Shown: positions 58,719-64,000 of the stretch, piece by piece | Position numbering within the stretch: position 1 is the first letter of the stretch | Layout: every line of letters starts with the position of its first letter | DNA from: Candidatus Melainabacteria bacterium 17Bon1m | GTDB lineage: Bacteria; Cyanobacteriota; Vampirovibrionia; Obscuribacterales; Obscuribacteraceae | Direction of reading: 5' to 3' | Length of the DNA stretch: 64,000 nt | Assembly: GCA_032128875.1 (NCBI GenBank) | Contig: JAVLKG010000008.1 | Location: 32,001-96,000, forward strand | The notes under the pieces: model-generated | What the model was told of the DNA's origin: nothing | What the model saw: only the letters and a program-made list of their open reading frames with translations | Database searches by the model: none | Translations under genes and position numbers: made by a program

Positions 58719-59903
58719 ATGAGTAATCCGCAAGAAATGCTCGAAAAAGCAGCCAAGCTTTCCGAGCAAATAATCCAAGTACGCAGACACTTACACTCCG
58801 CTCCCGAACTGAGCTTTCAGGAAGTCAAAACGGCCCAGTTGGTGAAAAACCGGCTTGAGCAGCTCGGCTTCACAGTGCAAGAGGGCGTGGCAAAGACAGG
58901 ACTGATCGCTGATATCGGTTCTGAAAACGGCAAAACCGTAGCAATTCGCTCAGACATGGACGCGTTGCCAGGCTTCGAGTCTACGCGCGCTGGTTATGTT
59001 TCCCAAACGCCAGGCATTATGCACGCATGCGGTCACGATGCACACGTCGCTATTGTCCTTGCTGCAGCAGAACTGGTGGCTAAAGAGTTTGCGGCAAACT
59101 CGCAGGGTGAGCCACAGGGGCGGTTGCGCATTATCATGCAGCCGGGAACAGAAGAGGCGGAACGCGACGGCAATCAGAGCGCACGAATGCTCATGGATGC
59201 CGGCGCGCTGAATGATGTTAGTGCATTACTGGGACTGCACGTTGATGCAACGATCGAAACTGGTCGAGCTGGAATTATCTCAACGCAGCTCAACAACGAG
59301 GTTTCGATTTTCACACTAAACATTCAAGCAGAAGAGCAAAACGGAAAGTCACAAGACGCTTTGCCCAAAGCGAATAGTTTGATGACTGCGTTCTACAAAT
59401 TGGCGAATGATTTGAACAATCGAGGCACAGCATCCTTGGCGCTTGGCTCCTGCATTTCATCTAGCCAGAGAGGAAATATTCTTTCGCCGCAAGTAGTTCT
59501 TTCCGGCACCATATCAAGTACCAATGCCCAGGCAAAAGCTGAGGCGGTTCAACAAATAGAAAAACTCGCCGCAAAAGAAAACAGTGATGGTCTGACAGTT
59601 TCGCTTCAAGTTGCTGATACCGATTCAAATTCAATGCAGAGCTCAGCCGTCATTGAGACTTTGAAAACAGCAGCGATTGACTTACTTGGCGAAGGCAAAG
59701 TATCTGACTTAAGCCGCAAAACATGGGCATCTGACTTCGCTCTTCTTGCCAGTGCAGCACCGGCTGCCTTTGTCTATCTAGGCGCGCAAATCTCCGGCAG
59801 TCGCCGCATCCACCATCAACCAACTTTTGATCTGGACGAAACTGGCTTACACCTGGGTGCCGCCATCCTTGCGCTTTCCGCCTTACGGCTAATGCGAAAT
59901 TGA
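58719..59903 (+). CDS. M20D family amidohydrolase
   Basis: RRHLH..PELSFQE, RSDMDALP, MHACGHDAH and HH.P.F motifs. Confidence 0.92.
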   Translation: MSNPQEMLEKAAKLSEQIIQVRRHLHSAPELSFQEVKTAQLVKNRLEQLGFTVQEGVAKTGLIADIGSENGKTVAIRSDMDALPGFESTRAGYVSQTPGIMHACGHDAHVAIVLAAAELVAKEFAANSQGEPQGRLRIIMQPGTEEAERDGNQSARMLMDAGALNDVSALLGLHVDATIETGRAGIISTQLNNEVSIFTLNIQAEEQNGKSQDALPKANSLMTAFYKLANDLNNRGTASLALGSCISSSQRGNILSPQVVLSGTISSTNAQAKAEAVQQIEKLAAKENSDGLTVSLQVADTDSNSMQSSAVIETLKTAAIDLLGEGKVSDLSRKTWASDFALLASAAPAAFVYLGAQISGSRRIHHQPTFDLDETGLHLGAAILALSALRLMRN

Positions 59904-60299
59904 GATTCTAAGTGTGTAATAAATTTCTAGATTTTTGTTACACCACTCAAACTTGAAAGCCTGCGCAGAGAAGGCTTGCGCTGCGTCAACTCGATTTGCA
60001 TTTTAAACCGGTGCTTGAGAAACAAACAGGCACCGATCTTCGTGCCCAGAAGATGTAATAAAAATCTGGAAATTATTACATTTTCAAATCGCCGAAATGT
60101 CGATAGCCAGCCAATCTTGAATTTCCTACTACGCGCAATCGTACACAAAGCACTAAAAAAGCGAGCCAAGGAAAACATCTAGAATTTGCAATCGATTTTG
60201 ATATCGAGTGCAGTTCGAGGTGAGTTTCCAGGGCTCGCTCCAGATGCCGGTTTAGCGGTCATCAAAACATCCCGGCTGGATGTTCTGACTTAGGCACCA

Positions 60300-60833
60300 T
60301 CAGCGCGAGAACGCCTGATAGAGCTTGACGGGGAGAATGAAGGGGGCGGTGAAGAGATAGCCGAGGAAGCGGTCGGTGAAATTGTCACCGAGGCTCCGGG
60401 GCCGGCTGCACATCTTCTGCGTTTCCGCATCAGTCGCATGAGTCGCATCAGCAGAGCCGGCGGGCTCGACTGTCGGAATGCGGCGCGGCGAGCCGAAATA
60501 ATCGACACGCACGAAGCCCCACTGGTCGAGGTAAACGCCCGACTGCGTGCGGGGAGTGCACGCGTAGGCGCGCACTTCAGAAGCACCGCCTTCGACGACC
60601 TGGCTCTTGTAGAAGTCCAGACCAGCCACCAGGATGAACGCGAGAGGCCAGTAGAAATTCACAAACTCACTGCCGACATTGAAGATGCGCGCGATGGCGA
60701 GAACGCCAAGCGCGGAGAGGACGTACGCAAAGTACGTCAGGTACGTGGCAAATCGGTTTTTCACAAAATTCTCCATGCACAATATCCGTTTTCCGTACGG
60801 ATTTTTGTTGTTATGAACCGTGCCACCGCTCAT
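60300..60833 (-). CDS. Hypothetical membrane protein
   Basis: TM segments; ATGA overlap with the upstream gene; start may instead be ATG 60776. Confidence 0.65.
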   Translation of the reverse strand: MSGGTVHNNKNPYGKRILCMENFVKNRFATYLTYFAYVLSALGVLAIARIFNVGSEFVNFYWPLAFILVAGLDFYKSQVVEGGASEVRAYACTPRTQSGVYLDQWGFVRVDYFGSPRRIPTVEPAGSADATHATDAETQKMCSRPRSLGDNFTDRFLGYLFTAPFILPVKLYQAFSR

Positions 60834-61171
60834 GCAGTGCGATGGTCGGTCTGGTAGTAGAGGTTCTCAGAGAGCATGCCTCTCAGACTGTCAGCCAGTC
60901 TGCGGCTAACCTGGTCCTCGTAATTGCCCTTGTACTCGCCGCCCAGAAGTTGCGTGCGCTCTTCATCCATGACGATGAAATTGAGGCGCCCTGCATTGAG
61001 AGCCTCGACGAGCGACATGCCGATTTCCGGATCGCTGAGATGGTCAGGCAATTGACCACGCTGATGAATGCGCTCTTTCAGCGCTTCGACAGCTTGGAAT
61101 GGCGTTGCGGCGTACACCGGGAAAAGGCAGATGCCGGTAGCCACGAGGTACTTGTTTGTTCCTTGGTTCAT
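60830..61171 (-). CDS. Hypothetical protein
   Basis: GGAG RBS before ATG 61171; 113 aa. Confidence 0.65.
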   Translation of the reverse strand: MNQGTNKYLVATGICLFPVYAATPFQAVEALKERIHQRGQLPDHLSDPEIGMSLVEALNAGRLNFIVMDEERTQLLGGEYKGNYEDQVSRRLADSLRGMLSENLYYQTDHRTA

Positions 61172-61385
61172 TATTACTCCAGCCCATGGGAGGGCGGGTG
61201 CCGGCCAGGTCAGCCGACACCAGGTCTTTGAGACAAGCGCTAATCGCCGAACCGACAATTCGGCTCGACGATGCACTTGTGACTGGCTCAGGCAGTCTGT
61301 ATTGGCAGACTACGCGATTGAGCCGTGCAGGACGAAAAGAGTTCCGCTTCTAAATTCGCTTGGCTTCTAAATTCGCTTGGCGAAA

Positions 61386-62153
61386 TCAGCAGTTGATGCC
61401 GAAAGAAGCGAGGCGCGTCTTCAGGTCATCGATGCCGATGAAGCGGATGGTGTTCATGCCCAACTTTCTGGCTGCCTCGATGTTGCCGGGCAGGTCATCC
61501 ACGAATAGACACTCTTCAGCTTTCAAGCCGCTGCGCTTGAGCACCTCCAGGTAGATCGCTTCTTCCGGCTTGGCATAGCCGACCAGATAGGAGAGAATCA
61601 ATTCCTCGAAGTGGCGCGAGACATTGTGCGTGCTTTCCAGGTACGAGTAGTGACTGTCGTTGGTGTTGGACAGAAGGTAGATCGGGCGGTCTTTCTTGAG
61701 CGACTGCAGAAGCGCCGCCATCTCCTCGTTCTCACGGAAAGTGGCGTTCCACAACGTGTGAAACTCATCTTCCTGCAAGTTGAGGTCGGCGACTTTGGCG
61801 TTGATTTCGCGCAGGACATCGGCTGTTCCAGCTCGACCTGATTCGTAACCAAGAGAAGCAATGTGCTTCAGAATCGGGACGAATTCCTCACGCGTTATCC
61901 CCGCCCTGTCACAGAAGCCCTGACAAACGGTTTCCCACTCGAAATCGACGAACACATGGCCCATGTCGAAAACGAGTAGTTTCACTTGCTTGCCCTTTGA
62001 CGCGACGTCCTTCTGGGGATCAGACGCCATGATATCAGAGCTGCTGGCAGGCGTCGCCGATGGCGATGCTTGCTCAATTTCAGGCAACGGCTCTTGTGGA
62101 GCGGCTGCGGTGTTGCTAGGAGGCGACATGGTGAGACCTAGAGATTGTGTCAC
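61386..62153 (-). CDS. HAD-family phosphatase (YihX-like)
   Basis: FDMGHV, LLSNT, KP and FVDD...N motifs; start uncertain. Confidence 0.9.
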   Translation of the reverse strand: MTQSLGLTMSPPSNTAAAPQEPLPEIEQASPSATPASSSDIMASDPQKDVASKGKQVKLLVFDMGHVFVDFEWETVCQGFCDRAGITREEFVPILKHIASLGYESGRAGTADVLREINAKVADLNLQEDEFHTLWNATFRENEEMAALLQSLKKDRPIYLLSNTNDSHYSYLESTHNVSRHFEELILSYLVGYAKPEEAIYLEVLKRSGLKAEECLFVDDLPGNIEAARKLGMNTIRFIGIDDLKTRLASFGINC

Positions 62154-62243
62154 GTCGGCCGTGGTTGAATCAGCATCAGGCGTTCAGTGACGGGGTTCAG
62201 TGACAGCGATAAGTGACGATGACTTTGTTGCATCGCCTTTTCG

Positions 62244-62939
62244 TCACGGCAGGGTCGCGAAAAACGTGCGGCGGAAAGCCGGGTTATGAAAAATCAGGTG
62301 AATGTAGCTGCCCCAGATCTTGCGGTCCGAAGTTACCAATCCATCAAGGTTTTCATCACCGGGCTTCCAGTCGACCTCAAGGTCGTCACTGACGCGAATT
62401 GCTTCGCCGTGCGGCTTTGGTTGCATGAAATCGCGCTTGCTGACAGCGTTCAGATGCAGATGTCGACCGGCGGCAAACGAAGCAGTCACCTCGCTATAAC
62501 CAGATCGAATCTCCAGACCTGATACTGTTTCGCCTTCGCACTTGCCGAGTTTGAGTTGGGCAGTCGTGCGCGACTGCATCATCGAAGGACCGAAGGTGGT
62601 TCGGATGGGAAGCAAACCGAATCCGGCAAGCTCTTTGTGCACACCTTGCTTAAGCAGCGGGTCGTAGAGCCTTTCTCCAAGCATCTGATAGCCCCCGCAG
62701 ATACCGATGACGGTACCTCCTTTGGACAGATGCTCGCGAATCAGCCTGTCGCCGCCGTTTTCGCGCAGGTAGACGAGGTCGGACATTGTCCTGCCGGAGC
62801 CGGGCAGAATGATGACGTCAGCATCACCGCTATAGTTCTGCGGTTTTACCCAGCGGACGTCGAGACTGGGGTCGCCGGCAAGCGGCAAGAACTCGTCCCT
62901 TCCATGGAATGGGAGTTCAAAGATAACAAGTTTTCGCAT
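62244..62939 (-). CDS. Stand-alone CobQ-type glutamine amidotransferase domain
   Basis: ILPGS..TMSDL, GICGGYQMLG and WGSYIH motifs; no synthetase domain. Confidence 0.85.
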   Translation of the reverse strand: MRKLVIFELPFHGRDEFLPLAGDPSLDVRWVKPQNYSGDADVIILPGSGRTMSDLVYLRENGGDRLIREHLSKGGTVIGICGGYQMLGERLYDPLLKQGVHKELAGFGLLPIRTTFGPSMMQSRTTAQLKLGKCEGETVSGLEIRSGYSEVTASFAAGRHLHLNAVSKRDFMQPKPHGEAIRVSDDLEVDWKPGDENLDGLVTSDRKIWGSYIHLIFHNPAFRRTFFATLP

Positions 62940-63136
62940 AGCCCCTCTTTTTTAGGTCTGCTGCAAACGCAGACCACTTCTTGTTTTTGGTGGCAGATTG
63001 TTAACCTGCTACAGGGACTCGTAGATTATGAAAAAGAACTAAAGGACAGAGGCTCGACGTCGGATTAAGGCACTGCTTTCGCAATGCCTTGCACCGACGG
63101 TCGAGCATGTCACTTCAGCCCCGTCTCAGACCGATG

Positions 63137-64000
63137 TTAGGCGGTCTTGCGACGACGACGACGAGTCACGATCACGACGGTGTTGCCACCGGCGGAACCG
63201 CCACCGCTCGCCAGCTTGATGCCGTGAGCAGCGTGCGCGTCTTCGATCAGCTTGCGATTCACGCCCTTGTTCAGGTTCGTATCCGCGGTGATCATGCAGC
63301 GAAGCATGTCGCGGAACGTGACCTTGTGGGCGGGAACGAGGCTCAGAGCCATCATGTAGATGGCGAGGAAGCTGTTGATGGCGTCCTCTTCCTTGCCTTC
63401 GCCGGCTGCGACGCAGAGCGCCTCGAGCATGTCGGCGTGAGCGCCGCCCGAGATGAGCCCGTCATCGTGCACTTCACCGGTCTTGTCTCCCGGCGTCACC
63501 TTGTCGTTGCGCTGGATGCGGATGCCATCCGGCGGCAGAGCGTACTCGCCCACGACGCGGCGATCGGCCTTGATCTCCTTGAGCCCGAACTTCTCACCCA
63601 GTTCCTTGGAGAACCAGAGGCGGAAGAGGTAGCCCATGGCGATGGCCATCAGGTCACCGGACGACTCGTGCATCGCGCCACCCTCGGCACCAGGCAGGTC
63701 GTTGCCCGGCGTCTGGATGAACACGAAGTAGTGCCCGGCTTCGTGCCAGAACACCGACAGATCGAACGCGATCACGACGTTCAGACCACCGCGCTTCAGC
63801 CCCGAGCCGACGCCACCGCGAAGCTGCGGGTCGGACGGATCGAAGTACGCGTTGTCACGGACGCCGGGATCCTGCACGTAGACCGGGATGGGCGAAGACG
63901 GAGCCTTCAGACCCATCTTGATCAGGTGCCTGATCTGCAGGTTGAGCGTGAAGAACGCGACGACCGCAGGGAACTCGGGATCCTTCGCACCGTAGTTGAA
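63137..64000 (-). CDS. Thermolysin/fungalysin-like (M4/M36) metalloprotease, 5' end outside the window
   Basis: DNAYF, HEAGH, HESSGD and EVHDDG motifs; the frame is open to the window edge. Confidence 0.88.
   Translation of the reverse strand, partial: FNYGAKDPEFPAVVAFFTLNLQIRHLIKMGLKAPSSPIPVYVQDPGVRDNAYFDPSDPQLRGGVGSGLKRGGLNVVIAFDLSVFWHEAGHYFVFIQTPGNDLPGAEGGAMHESSGDLMAIAMGYLFRLWFSKELGEKFGLKEIKADRRVVGEYALPPDGIRIQRNDKVTPGDKTGEVHDDGLISGGAHADMLEALCVAAGEGKEEDAINSFLAIYMMALSLVPAHKVTFRDMLRCMITADTNLNKGVNRKLIEDAHAAHGIKLASGGGSAGGNTVVIVTRRRRRKTA

Overview
A bacterial chromosomal window with about 48 supportable CDS. I saw no rRNA, tRNA, CRISPR array, transposase or integrase. The gene content suggests a non-photosynthetic cyanobacterial relative (Melainabacteria/Obscuribacterales); this is an inference from the Ycf45-type AAA/R3H protein, tandem kinase-TM-LRR genes, and many paralogous exported proteins. 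Main blocks in order: (1) an Rhs polymorphic-toxin locus with a YD/collagen fibre-like partner and a putative immunity gene (3.5-12.2 kb); (2) a minus-strand operon encoding a membrane-anchored coiled-coil protein and two paralogous ubiquitin-conjugating-enzyme (E2)-like proteins, one with the catalytic Cys and one with Cys->Ser, with a periodic TGACA array upstream (13.4-19 kb); (3) a membrane methyltransferase, pepP and an M16 peptidase; (4) three tandem zinc-ribbon/kinase/TM/LRR genes and folC; (5) a patatin, a membrane protein and a DEDDh exonuclease; (6) an orphan adenylate kinase followed by three paralogous small proteins built from an unrecognised 'DGSIDKxATRERRLFG' repeat, separated by two homologous 300-400 nt spacers whose stems show compensatory base changes and pair over the start codon (42.7-44.5 kb); (7) housekeeping and hypothetical genes to the window end. 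The best candidates for an undescribed system are block 6 and block 2. All family assignments come from motifs read by eye and need profile searches.
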